A stretch of DNA of 64,000 bases from assembly GCA_947467345.1 (NCBI GenBank), contig CANIHD010000011.1, positions 15,319-79,318 on the forward strand, read 5' to 3'. This DNA is from Alphaproteobacteria bacterium (GTDB lineage: Bacteria > Pseudomonadota > Alphaproteobacteria > Micropepsales > Micropepsaceae). The translations under genes and the position numbers were made by a program. Below the pieces are notes generated by a model, which had not been told where the DNA came from, did not search any database, and saw only the letters and a list, made by a program, of their open reading frames with translations. This document shows, one piece after another, positions 38,011 to 47,067 of the stretch; the first letter of the stretch is position 1; each line of letters begins with the position of its first letter.

Positions 38011-38889
38011 CTAGTCGGAATCGCCGTTTTCTGGCGCGATCCAGCCTTTGAGATCGCCGGTGGGCGGCATGCCGATGACGTTGTAGCCGCTATCGACAAA
38101 ATGAATCTCGCCGGTGACGCCGGCCGAAAGATCGCTGATCAGATAGAGTGCGGCGCCGCCGACATGATCGAGATCGACATTGCGCTTCAGCGGCGCGTGC
38201 GCCTTGTTCCACCTGAACACCATGCGCGCATCGCCAACGGCAGAGCCGGCCAGCGTGCGCATCGGTCCCGCCGAGATGGCGTTGACGCGAATTTTTTCCT
38301 TGCCGAGATCAGCTGCGAGATAGCGCACGCTCGATTCCAGCGCCGCTTTGGCCACGCCCATCACGTTGTAATTCGGCATCACGCGGTTGGAGCCACCATA
38401 GGTGAGCGTGATCATCGAACCGCCGTTTTTCATCAGGCCGGCAGCGCGGCGCGCGACATCGGTGAATGAGTAGCAGGAGATGCTGAGCGTGCGCAGAAAA
38501 TTGGTGCGCGAAGTTTCAACATAGCGCCCCTTCAACTCGTTCTTGTCGGAATGGGCCAATGAATGCACGACGAAATCGAGCCCGCCCCATTTATTGCCGA
38601 GAGCTTCGAACACGCTGTCGAGTTCGGAATCGTTTTCGACATCGCAGGGCAGAACGAGTTCGGAGCCGACGCTTTGCGCCAAAGGTTTGACGCGCTTTCC
38701 TTGCGCATCGCCCTGATAGGTGAAAGCGAGGCTCGCGCCCTGCTGTGCCAGCATGCGCGATATGCCCCACGCGATAGAGTGATCGTTGGCAACCCCCATG
38801 ATGAGGCCGCGCCGTCCCTTCAACAATTGCAAGGCGTTCAATGGCAACCTACCGATCACAGATGTTGAATTCGCGGGAGTGGAATTCAC
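38011..38889 (-). CDS. fabI: enoyl-[acyl-carrier-protein] reductase (NADH)
   Basis: 'LLKGRRGLIMGVANDHSIAWGI' and 'YNVMGVAKAALE'. The exact start is uncertain. Confidence 0.92.
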   Translation of the reverse strand: MNSTPANSTSVIGRLPLNALQLLKGRRGLIMGVANDHSIAWGISRMLAQQGASLAFTYQGDAQGKRVKPLAQSVGSELVLPCDVENDSELDSVFEALGNKWGGLDFVVHSLAHSDKNELKGRYVETSRTNFLRTLSISCYSFTDVARRAAGLMKNGGSMITLTYGGSNRVMPNYNVMGVAKAALESSVRYLAADLGKEKIRVNAISAGPMRTLAGSAVGDARMVFRWNKAHAPLKRNVDLDHVGGAALYLISDLSAGVTGEIHFVDSGYNVIGMPPTGDLKGWIAPENGDSD

Positions 38890-38913
38890 AGAGTTTGAAT
38901 GGAAGACGTTTAA

Positions 38914-40134
38914 TTAGAGGCGTTGAAAAATGAGCGTGGCGTTGGTGCCGCCGAAACCGAAACTGTTCGACATCACGGTCTCTAACTTGGCGTTGTCGAT
39001 GCGCGAACGAACGATCGGCACGTCGGCGAGAGCGGGATCAAGTTCTTCAATATTGGCGGATTCGGCAATGAAGCCGTTCTGCATTTGCAGCAGCGTGTAG
39101 ATCGCCTCGTGAACGCCGGCGGCGCCCAGCGAATGGCCGGTCAATGATTTTGTGGAATTGATCGGCGGGATCGCTTTGCCGAACACTTCCCGCATGGCGC
39201 CCATTTCGGTTACGTCGCCGACCGGCGTCGAGGTGCCGTGCGCGTTTACGTAATCGATCGGCGCCTTCACGGTGGACATGGCCATGCGCATGCAGCGCAC
39301 CGCGCCTTCGCCCGATGGCGCGACCATGTCGTAGCCGTCCGAAGTGGCGCCGTAGCCGGTCAATTCGGCATAGATTTTCGCGCCGCGCGCTTTGGCATGT
39401 TCCAATTCTTCCAGCACCACCACACCGCCGCCGCCTGCAATGACAAAACCATCGCGGTTCTTATCGAAGGCGCGCGATGCGCGGGCCGGTGCATCGTTAT
39501 AGCCCGACGATAACGCGCCCATGGCGTCGAACAAAACCGACAGCGTCCAATCAAGTTCCTCAGCACCGCCGGCAAACATTACGTCCTGCTTGCCCCATTG
39601 GATCAGTTCGGCCGCGTTGCCGATGCAATGCGCCGAAGTCGCGCACGCGGAACTGATGGAATAGGAAAGCCCTTTGATCTTGAACAGTGTGGCCAGCACG
39701 GCGGAGGTGGTCGACGACATCGCCTTCGGGACCACAAAGGGGCCGACTTTCTTCGGGCCTTTCACCGGCTCGCTGCGCGCAATGTCGGCGGCGGCAACGA
39801 TGGCTTTGGTGGACGGTCCGCCGGACCCCATGATCAGGCCGGTGCGCACATTCGAAATGTCGTCTTCGGCGAGGCTGGAATCGGTAAGGGCCTGCTGCAT
39901 GGCGATGTAATTATAAGCGGCGCCGTCGCCCATGAAGCGGCGGGTGCGCCGGTCGAGCACCGATTCGATGTCGATCTTCACACTGCCTTCGACCTGCGAA
40001 CGGAATCCCATGCGCTTATAGTCTTCGGCGCCGGTGATGCCGGGACGCGCTTCGCGCAAAGAGGCGACGACCTCCTGCGAATTATTTCCAATGGGACAGA
40101 CAATGCCGAGCCCGGTGACGACCACGCGTCTCAT
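38914..40134 (-). CDS. fabB: beta-ketoacyl-ACP synthase I
   Basis: '[10 protein letters not shown]', active-site '[12 protein letters not shown]', and 'HGTSTPVGD'. Follows fabA. Confidence 0.93.
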   Translation of the reverse strand: MRRVVVTGLGIVCPIGNNSQEVVASLREARPGITGAEDYKRMGFRSQVEGSVKIDIESVLDRRTRRFMGDGAAYNYIAMQQALTDSSLAEDDISNVRTGLIMGSGGPSTKAIVAAADIARSEPVKGPKKVGPFVVPKAMSSTTSAVLATLFKIKGLSYSISSACATSAHCIGNAAELIQWGKQDVMFAGGAEELDWTLSVLFDAMGALSSGYNDAPARASRAFDKNRDGFVIAGGGGVVVLEELEHAKARGAKIYAELTGYGATSDGYDMVAPSGEGAVRCMRMAMSTVKAPIDYVNAHGTSTPVGDVTEMGAMREVFGKAIPPINSTKSLTGHSLGAAGVHEAIYTLLQMQNGFIAESANIEELDPALADVPIVRSRIDNAKLETVMSNSFGFGGTNATLIFQRL

Positions 40135-40226
40135 GGGGTCAGTTCCTTCTTGATATAGCGCGAGCCGCAAACGACGAGAAATATTCGGCGACGGTTGCTG
40201 CCGTCGCCCGCATTTCCACTATCGCC

Positions 40227-40757
40227 TCACGCCCCTTGCGGCGCGCCTTCGATGAACAGACCGACGCGCAAATCCTTCGCGGTGTAGATGGGCTTGCCGT
40301 CCACCGACATGATTCCATCGGCAATGCCGATTACCAGCTTGCGCATGATCACGCGTTTTAGATCGATGGCATAGGAAACGACACCCGCGGACGGAAGCAC
40401 CATCCCGGAAAACGCCACTTCGCCAACACCGAGCGCGCGGCCTTTGCCGACTCCACCGAGCCAACCCAGGAAAAATCCAACCATCTGCCACATGGCGTCT
40501 ACACCGAGACAGCCGGGCATGACCGGATCATCCTTAAAATGATATTTGAAGAACCAGAGATCCGGCTTGATCTCCAATTCGGCGTTGATCTGACCTTTGC
40601 CGAACTGTCCGCCCGCGTCGCAGATATGCGTGATGCGGTCGAACATCAAAAGCGGCGGCATAGGCAGTTTGGCGTTGCCCGGCCCGAACAATTCTCCACG
40701 CGCGCATGCCAGCAGCGCCTGGAAATCGAATGAGGCTTTGCGAACTTGTTTGTCCAC
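40227..40757 (-). CDS. fabA: 3-hydroxydecanoyl-ACP dehydratase/isomerase
   Basis: '[12 protein letters not shown]', '[23 protein letters not shown]'. Confidence 0.95.
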   Translation of the reverse strand: MDKQVRKASFDFQALLACARGELFGPGNAKLPMPPLLMFDRITHICDAGGQFGKGQINAELEIKPDLWFFKYHFKDDPVMPGCLGVDAMWQMVGFFLGWLGGVGKGRALGVGEVAFSGMVLPSAGVVSYAIDLKRVIMRKLVIGIADGIMSVDGKPIYTAKDLRVGLFIEGAPQGA

Positions 40758-40876
40758 CGCGCTCAGCGTCCTCTATTTTTACGGGCCAACCAGCCCAATG
40801 AATTAAAGGGCCAATCAGCCCCCAATGGCGCATGGCTTGGCATATCACATAACAAAGTGCCAATCCTTCAACAGTT

Positions 40877-40895
40877 GATTAGAAACATTCTAATC
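40877..40895. promoter_or_regulatory. perfect palindrome matching the iron control element (ICE, Irr box) pattern
   Basis: 'GATTAGAA-ACA-TTCTAATC' versus the ICE consensus TTTAGAA-N3-TTCTAAA. Sits in the AT-rich fabA/irr divergent intergenic region, about 70 nt upstream of irr. Confidence 0.5.
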
Positions 40896-40964
40896 ACTGG
40901 AGTTTTATTGCGTCTTGTTATAGGATGGGTAATGAGGGTGACCTGTGCAAGGTCCGGAGTTGCC

Positions 40965-41402
40965 ATGGAAGCGCTGAATTCACGCAATTCTTCGGGGGCG
41001 AAAGCCACCGAGCATACCGCCAGACTGCGGGCGGCGGGACTGCGGCCAACGCGGCAGAGGCTGGCTTTGGCCGCTCTTCTATTCAGCGAGCATGACCGTC
41101 ACGTCACCGCCGAGGAGCTGCATGATGAGGCCGTTCGGGCCTCTGTGCCGGTGTCTTTGGCGACGATTTACAACACGCTGCACCAATTCACCTCTGTCGG
41201 GCTCCTGCGGGAACTCGCGGTTGACGGCGCGCGCACCTATTTCGATACCAATACCGGGAATCATCACCATTTTTACTGCGAGGAAGATGGTTCCCTGATC
41301 GACATCGAGGGGGACTCGATCGAGGTGGCCGGCGTGCCGCCGCCCCCCGAAGGCGCCAAGCTCCACCGCGTGGACGTCATCGTGCGGGTCAGCCGGCGCT
41401 GA
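40965..41402 (+). CDS. irr: iron response regulator Irr (Fur superfamily)
   Basis: Fur-family winged helix 'RPTRQRLALAALLF', a 'HHH' motif in 'TNTGNHHHFYCEEDGSLIDI', and position next to fabA. No N-terminal Cys-Pro haem regulatory motif seen. Confidence 0.85.
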   Translation: MEALNSRNSSGAKATEHTARLRAAGLRPTRQRLALAALLFSEHDRHVTAEELHDEAVRASVPVSLATIYNTLHQFTSVGLLRELAVDGARTYFDTNTGNHHHFYCEEDGSLIDIEGDSIEVAGVPPPPEGAKLHRVDVIVRVSRR

Positions 41403-41433
41403 TTCGCGCCCTGCCGCATAGCCACCAACTCAC

Positions 41434-41450
41434 TTTAGATTAATTCTAAT
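41434..41450. promoter_or_regulatory. second ICE-like motif, upstream of purU
   Basis: 'TTTAGAT-TAA-TTCTAAT' (6/7 + 6/7 to the ICE half-sites), about 100 nt upstream of the purU ATG. Confidence 0.4.
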
Positions 41451-41546
41451 ATATTGGCGCTAGGTAGCTCGCCAGTGCATCTTGCGTGGGCGCTTTACTT
41501 ACTCTCATCGTGCCGCCGCGTTTGAGCGAGCTTGAGCTCTCAACCT

Positions 41547-42428
41547 ATGAAAAAGACGGCGAAGGCGGCCTCTTCCGGCGGCGACTTCATACTGACCCTC
41601 TCATGCACCGATACACTCGGAATCGTGCACGAGGTCGCCGCGTTTCTGCACAATGCCGGCTGCAACATTCTGGACTCCGCCCAATACGGCGATCCCGACA
41701 CCGCGCGATTTTTCATGCGTGTGCATTTCAGGGCCATCGCGAAACCCACGAATGTTCCGGCGTTGGAAGAGGCGTTTAAACCGGTAGCGGAGCGCTTCGG
41801 CATGGCAGCTTCGTTTCACAGCGCCGCCGAGAAACCGCGTGTTCTTATTCTGGTTTCGAAATTCGACCATTGCCTGCACGATCTTCTCTATCGCTACCGC
41901 AACGGCGAGCTAGCTTGCGAAATCACCAGCGTCGTGTCGAACCATCGCGACACTTACAGACTTGCGGCGAATTACGATGTGCCGTTCCACCATCTGCCGG
42001 TCGGCGAGCGCAGCAAGGCGGCGCAAGAAAAGAAACTGCTCGGCATCATCCGCGAGGAAGCGGCCGATTTCGTGGTGCTGGCGCGCTACATGCAAATTCT
42101 ATCGGACAAAACCTGCGCAGCGTTGGCGGGGCGCGCGGTTAATATCCACCATTCTTTCCTACCCAGCTTCAAGGGCGCGATGCCCTATCATCAGGCCCAC
42201 GCGCGAGGCGTGAAACTGATTGGCGCAACGGCGCATTTTGTGACGGCGGCGCTCGACGAAGGCCCGATCATCGAACAGGACATCACGCGGGTGGATCATA
42301 AATTCACGGTGGCGGAGATGATTGCTGCCGGCCGTGATGTCGAACGCCTTGTGCTGGCGCGCGCCGTGAAACTTCTGCTCGACCGCCGCGTGCTTCTGAA
42401 CGGCCACAAGACGGTGGTGTTCCGCTAG
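41547..42428 (+). CDS. purU: formyltetrahydrofolate deformylase
   Basis: N-terminal ACT domain 'FILTLSCTDTLGIVHEVAAFL' and formyltransferase 'NIHHSFLPSFKGAMPYHQA'. Confidence 0.92.
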   Translation: MKKTAKAASSGGDFILTLSCTDTLGIVHEVAAFLHNAGCNILDSAQYGDPDTARFFMRVHFRAIAKPTNVPALEEAFKPVAERFGMAASFHSAAEKPRVLILVSKFDHCLHDLLYRYRNGELACEITSVVSNHRDTYRLAANYDVPFHHLPVGERSKAAQEKKLLGIIREEAADFVVLARYMQILSDKTCAALAGRAVNIHHSFLPSFKGAMPYHQAHARGVKLIGATAHFVTAALDEGPIIEQDITRVDHKFTVAEMIAAGRDVERLVLARAVKLLLDRRVLLNGHKTVVFR

Positions 42429-42457
42429 GCAGCGTAGAGAGAAGAGTGTGGGTATCA

Positions 42458-42551
42458 CCCTTCGAGACGCCGCTACGCGGCTCCTCAGGGTGAGGGGTGC
42501 GTTGTCCTCATCCTTCGAGAAGCGCACGTAGTGCGCGTCTCGAAGGATGAG
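42458..42551. repeat. intergenic palindromic repeat, family A
   Basis: 'CCCTTCGAGACGCC...CCTCAGGGTGAGG', a spacer, then 'CCTCATCCTTCGAGAAGCGC...GCGTCTCGAAGGATGAG'. Confidence 0.85.
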
Positions 42552-42611
42552 CCTCGGCACTATGAGTCTGGAAAAGTTACTCGTTCGGAGGGACTCCCAC
42601 GCGCCCCCTTT

Positions 42612-42711
42612 TGTCATGGCCCGGCATGACCGGGCCATCCAGCGCTCACGCGTCCGCGTGAGCAACAGAGTCTATGATCACCTGGATGGCCCGTTGTTGC
42701 GGGCCATGACA
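42612..42711. repeat. composite palindrome: two inverted family-B copies (GGCCCGG-stem variant) around a central hairpin
   Basis: 42612..42642 'TGTCATGGCCCGGCATGACCGGGCCATCCAG', a central 'GCTCACGCGTCCGCGTGAGC', and 42681..42711 'CCTGGATGGCCCGTTGTTGCGGGCCATGACA'. Confidence 0.85.
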
Positions 42712-42767
42712 TTACGGGAAGATGGGAACGACATTCAGCGAGTGTCTCGCCGGGTAAGGATATTCGT

Positions 42768-44558
42768 TTAGAGCTTTACTCTGCCCGCAAGGATTTCGGC
42801 ATAGAGCGCCGGCGTGAGTGGTTGGTATTTCCCGTCAGCGGCGCTCCGAACCTCAAGTGAATCGGCAAGCACCGAAGGATCGTAACCTTCCTTCTGCAAC
42901 TCGACTTTGCGTTGCTTGAAAGTGGACGTCGCGGCGATTTCGTGTTGAAAGCGCAAGAACACCGGCCGCGCATAAGCGGGCAGATTTTTCTGCAAATGCT
43001 CGGCGAACGCATCGAGATTGAAATCCTTCTCCGTCACCAACGCCACCATGCCGGCCTTGCCCTCGCCGCCCGGCACTTCGACGCCATAGACATTGGCTTC
43101 CTGCACACCAGGAAATCTGGAGATTGCTTCCGCAACTTCGCTGGTGGCGACGTTCTCGCCTTTCCAGCGGAACGTATCGCCGGTGCGATCGACAAAATAG
43201 AAATAGCCGTGACGGTCGCGGCGCATCAGATCATTGGTGCGAAACCATGCATCGTCTTTGGCGAACACGTTGTGAAGGATCTTTTTCTCGGAATCTTCTT
43301 TCTTGGTGTACCCGTCGAAACGCGCGCGCGCCATATTCTGATCGATCTTGCCGATCGCTTCGCCAACTTCGCCGTTAGAAGTCTCGATGCAAAATCCATC
43401 AGGCCCGCGCACCGGTTCCTGGCGATTCACGTCATAGCGAATGAGGCGCACCTTCTGGATAGAGCGGGCATAGACGGGCACGCGGCCGATAGCGCCGAGC
43501 TGGCCGTCATAATTGATCATGCCGACATTGCCTTCGGTGGCGCCGTAGAACTCCATGATGTGCGGAATGTGGAAGCGCTTCTTGAAGCGCTCCCAAATCT
43601 CGGGACGGAGTCCATTGCCGATGGCGATCTGCAAATTGTGCTGATTCTCTAGCGGCGATTCCGGCGTGTTGAGGAGATAGCGGCAAAGCTCGCCGATATA
43701 TTGAAAGATGGTCGGACGATAGCGATGGCAATCATCCCAAAATTCCGTCGCCGAAAATTTCTCGCGCACGACAATCGAGCCGCCGCCGAGAAACACCGGC
43801 CCCAACGCACATATGCCGCCGGCAGAATGATAGAGCGGCAGAACATCATACATGCGGTCATTCGCACTGGCGTTCACCGCGCCTTGGAACGCCATCATGA
43901 TATGCAGCATGCGCATATGGCTGATCTTGGCCACTTTGGGCAGACCGGTTGTGCCCGACGTGTAGATGTAAAGCGCCTGATCGCGGCACAGAACATCGGG
44001 CAATTCGCCGGGTTCGAAATGTGCGCCGGAAAGATCAGCCACCACCGCGTCGATATTTTCGCCCGCCTGCTTGCCGCCGCAGAGCCAGAGTTTGGGCCGC
44101 GCATCCAGCGTGCCCGAAACAGTTTCGAAATTTTCGAGAAGCTCGGCGCCGAGAATAACGTGTTTGGCCCCGGCGATATTGATCGAATGCGCCAGCGGCG
44201 TGCCGGTCAAATGCGTGTTCACCAAAGCGGCAACTGTGCCGTTGCGTACAAGGCCGAGCCACGCCATCAAATATTCCGGGCGGTTCTCCATCAGCAGCGT
44301 AACGACATCGCCTTTGCCGAGACCTTGCAGCTTCGCCCAGCGCGCAAAACGATTGGCGCCTTCATCAAGGGCGCGATAAGTCACGACACGGTCGCCATGC
44401 AGAACCGCAGGCGCATCGGGCCGCTCGCGCGCCCAGCGTTGCACCCAATTGGCGATGGTGAGACGCTCGTCGGGTCCGACATGGCGCGTCAGGGCAAGCG
44501 TGCGCGCGATTGCGGCCACGAATACCGCCTCGCGGCGAATGGCGTCTCCAAATCCCAT
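42768..44558 (-). CDS. long-chain acyl-CoA synthetase / fatty-acid transport protein-like AMP-binding enzyme
   Basis: AMP-binding 'YIYTSGTTGLPK' and 'FRTNDLMRRDRHGYFYFVDRTGDTFRWKGENV'. Confidence 0.85.
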   Translation of the reverse strand: MGFGDAIRREAVFVAAIARTLALTRHVGPDERLTIANWVQRWARERPDAPAVLHGDRVVTYRALDEGANRFARWAKLQGLGKGDVVTLLMENRPEYLMAWLGLVRNGTVAALVNTHLTGTPLAHSINIAGAKHVILGAELLENFETVSGTLDARPKLWLCGGKQAGENIDAVVADLSGAHFEPGELPDVLCRDQALYIYTSGTTGLPKVAKISHMRMLHIMMAFQGAVNASANDRMYDVLPLYHSAGGICALGPVFLGGGSIVVREKFSATEFWDDCHRYRPTIFQYIGELCRYLLNTPESPLENQHNLQIAIGNGLRPEIWERFKKRFHIPHIMEFYGATEGNVGMINYDGQLGAIGRVPVYARSIQKVRLIRYDVNRQEPVRGPDGFCIETSNGEVGEAIGKIDQNMARARFDGYTKKEDSEKKILHNVFAKDDAWFRTNDLMRRDRHGYFYFVDRTGDTFRWKGENVATSEVAEAISRFPGVQEANVYGVEVPGGEGKAGMVALVTEKDFNLDAFAEHLQKNLPAYARPVFLRFQHEIAATSTFKQRKVELQKEGYDPSVLADSLEVRSAADGKYQPLTPALYAEILAGRVKL

Positions 44559-44614
44559 CGGCGAATCGCTCCCGTACGGCTATAAGGTGCGGCAGAAACG
44601 GCGCTTGCGACAGT

Positions 44615-44848
44615 ATGCACACAGACACGGAATTTCTTGATTTGCGCGGGCTCAAATGTCCGTTGCCGGCGCTGATGTCGCGCCGGGCCTTGCGCCGATT
44701 AGGCCCGGGGGCACGGATTACCGTGACGACGGACGATCCCATGGCGCCCATCGACATTCCGCATATGTGCCGCAATGAGGGGTTGGAAATGGTCGAGATG
44801 GTGCGCAGCGGCGAGGCCGCGACGATGGTCTTGAGAAACCCTAGCTAA
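44615..44848 (+). CDS. TusA-family sulfurtransferase-like protein
   Basis: 'LDLRGLKCPLPALM' (CPxP motif). 77 aa. Confidence 0.85.
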   Translation: MHTDTEFLDLRGLKCPLPALMSRRALRRLGPGARITVTTDDPMAPIDIPHMCRNEGLEMVEMVRSGEAATMVLRNPS

Positions 44849-45489
44849 GTGCCCCCGCGCTGCGCAGCTTTCAAAGCCGCCGCGCCATCGGCGAGACCAG
44901 CGACGACTAGCTTCACATAGACCTGTTTCCCGTCGGACATCGGAAACGTGACTTGGATATCCGACGCCGCAATGATGCGCCCCCAATCTTCCTCGCTCAA
45001 ATCATTGGCCGCCACGCATTCGGAGTCCGTGCAATCGCGCACCGAGGTACGCAGCACATCCTCATCGTTGATGCGGAGGAGAATGGAATCGCCACTGTGA
45101 AACGTGCCGGGAAGACGCAACATCAAAGCGGGACTGGCGCGCGGACCAACAGTTGAGAGATTGGCCGAAAGGATGACGCGGCCCGGCTCGTCCTGCGCCG
45201 GCACTTCTTGATTTAGCCGGCACGCGCTGGCCTTGCTCGTTTCAGCAGGCACGGCGTCCGCGAGCGGCGGGGGCGCAACCGTCGGCGCTTCCACGCAGAT
45301 CAAACGCCAGGCGCCAAAATTCTGCACGCCGATAAAACCAGGTTGCACATCACTCTGCGGCGTTAAAGCGGATGAGAGCTCAGCTAGGCCGGTGGGTAAT
45401 TTCGGAGATCCAGCGGCGATGTAAGCAACCACGAGCAATGCCGCGGAAAACAAAGCAACGGCCGCATATCGAAGGACTTTTGCGGCCAT
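44845..45489 (-). CDS. invasion-associated locus B (IalB)-like periplasmic protein
   Basis: N-terminal anchor, 'FGAWRLICVE' and conserved Cys pairs. Family assignment from memory. Confidence 0.7.
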   Translation of the reverse strand: MAAKVLRYAAVALFSAALLVVAYIAAGSPKLPTGLAELSSALTPQSDVQPGFIGVQNFGAWRLICVEAPTVAPPPLADAVPAETSKASACRLNQEVPAQDEPGRVILSANLSTVGPRASPALMLRLPGTFHSGDSILLRINDEDVLRTSVRDCTDSECVAANDLSEEDWGRIIAASDIQVTFPMSDGKQVYVKLVVAGLADGAAALKAAQRGGT

Positions 45490-45593
45490 CGTCCCGTTCG
45501 ATCCCTGCCCATATACGAAGCGCGAAAGAGCGCATGGCGCCGCTTCGGGCGCGCCGAAACCTAGGCTGGGCTCGATTGAGGATCAAGCTTTGC

Positions 45594-45624
45594 AGAATCA
45601 AACATGGGCGCCGAAGCGCCCATG
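45594..45624 (-). terminator. rho-independent terminator downstream of the lipoprotein gene
   Basis: On the minus strand: 'CATGGGCGC-TTCG-GCGCCCATG' (9-bp stem, UUCG loop) followed by 'TTTGATT'. Confidence 0.6.
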
Positions 45625-45648
45625 CTGAAATGCATTTGCGGTAATGTA

Positions 45649-46239
45649 TTAACCCGCCGGTGGCGGTGCTGGAGGTAGCGGCGGCAAATCGGCGAGAAGC
45701 TGACGCGCATCAATCGCGTCCGGCTCATTGGCAGCCTGTTCGGGGCGCAACGTTACGATTTCCGAATAAGCCTGATAGCGCCGCGATGGCGGGAAGTCGC
45801 GATCATAGAAAGGATCGCGTAAGAACGGATCGCCGAACGCGAACGACGAATAATACCACCAGCGCGGGTTGTAATAGCCCGGACCGAATCCCATTCCAAA
45901 GCCGGTACGCGGATAGAATCCCGAGCGGCGATACTCCGTCGCTTCGGTGTCGCGCTGATCGAACACAAAATGTGTGTAACCGCTTTGCAGTGTCACCTCA
46001 GCGGCGCGGCGAAGGAGATAATCCTCCACGGCCTGACGTTGCGTACCGACGCCGCCACTGAAGGTCACGCGAAACCGGTTATCGTTCAGGCGTTGATCGG
46101 TGTAGCCGACGGACTCATTGGGACCGCGCGGACGATAGGTCGGACCCGTGGCACACGCCGCCAAATTCGCGGCAACCAGCAAAAGCGCCGCCGCCTTCAA
46201 CGGCCAGCTCTTACCCAGACTCGAATGTACTGCACGCAT
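45649..46239 (-). CDS. lipoprotein (CC0125/CC1285-like, recalled from memory)
   Basis: Lipobox 'LVAANLAAC', then 'YTDQRLNDNRFRVTFSGG'. The start is at an internal ATG of ORF 45649..46284. Confidence 0.7.
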   Translation of the reverse strand: MRAVHSSLGKSWPLKAAALLLVAANLAACATGPTYRPRGPNESVGYTDQRLNDNRFRVTFSGGVGTQRQAVEDYLLRRAAEVTLQSGYTHFVFDQRDTEATEYRRSGFYPRTGFGMGFGPGYYNPRWWYYSSFAFGDPFLRDPFYDRDFPPSRRYQAYSEIVTLRPEQAANEPDAIDARQLLADLPPLPPAPPPAG

Positions 46240-46365
46240 TGGCGAAACCACCCTTTCGAGGTTCGTAACGTTCCTCTCTCGCATCAGTTTACGCGCTGAC
46301 TTGCTAGAGGGATTAAAAACTTATATAAATGACCAGTCAGTTACTTATTCTATCAAGTTACTCAT

Positions 46366-47067
46366 ATGGTTCTGAAAAGAAGAGAAAAATTCTCGGATGT
46401 TAGAGTTGGCCCCGCGCGACCGGCGGCTGAATTGGTCGAACCTCCCGCGCGCTGGCGGCGGCGCAAGGAAGACCGCCCGCAGGAGATTCTTGAGGCCGCA
46501 CTTAAAGTGTTTGCCGAGAAGGGCTTCGCCGCCGCGAGGCTTGAAGAGATTGCCGCCAAGGCCGGTGTCTCCAAAGGAACGATCTATCTTTATTTCGAGA
46601 GCAAAGAGGCCGTGTTCAAGGCCCTCATCCAGGAAAAACTGGGCGCACGCGTGAACGAAATTGCCGGCATCGCGCGCGATCATTCCGGCCCCGCTGCGCC
46701 TTTGCTGGAGCAGATCTTACGCACCATCGGCATGTTTCTGCGCACCGGCGATTATGCTGTGTTACCGAAAATCGTTATCGCTGAAGCGGGAAATTTTCCC
46801 GATCTCGCGCGCGTCTATCGCGAGGCGATCATTGATCGCGGAACGGCGCTGCTGGGGCAAGTGATCAGCGCCGGTATGGCGCGCGATGAGTTCAGAACAT
46901 TTCCAGTTGAGCATGCGGTGCGCCTGGCTCTGGCGCCGCTGCTGCTGATTGCGATCTGGCGCACCACTTTCGCGCAGTTCGATTCCACGCCCTACGACTA
47001 CGAAGGCCTCATCGAGGCGCATATCGCGACACTGTTCAAAGGTCTTGCCAAGGAGGACGCAGCATGA
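46366..47067 (+). CDS. TetR/AcrR family transcriptional regulator
   Basis: HTH 'ILEAALKVFAEKGFAAARLEEIAAKAGVSKGTIYLYF'. First gene of a 4-gene overlapping operon. Confidence 0.9.
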   Translation: MVLKRREKFSDVRVGPARPAAELVEPPARWRRRKEDRPQEILEAALKVFAEKGFAAARLEEIAAKAGVSKGTIYLYFESKEAVFKALIQEKLGARVNEIAGIARDHSGPAAPLLEQILRTIGMFLRTGDYAVLPKIVIAEAGNFPDLARVYREAIIDRGTALLGQVISAGMARDEFRTFPVEHAVRLALAPLLLIAIWRTTFAQFDSTPYDYEGLIEAHIATLFKGLAKEDAA

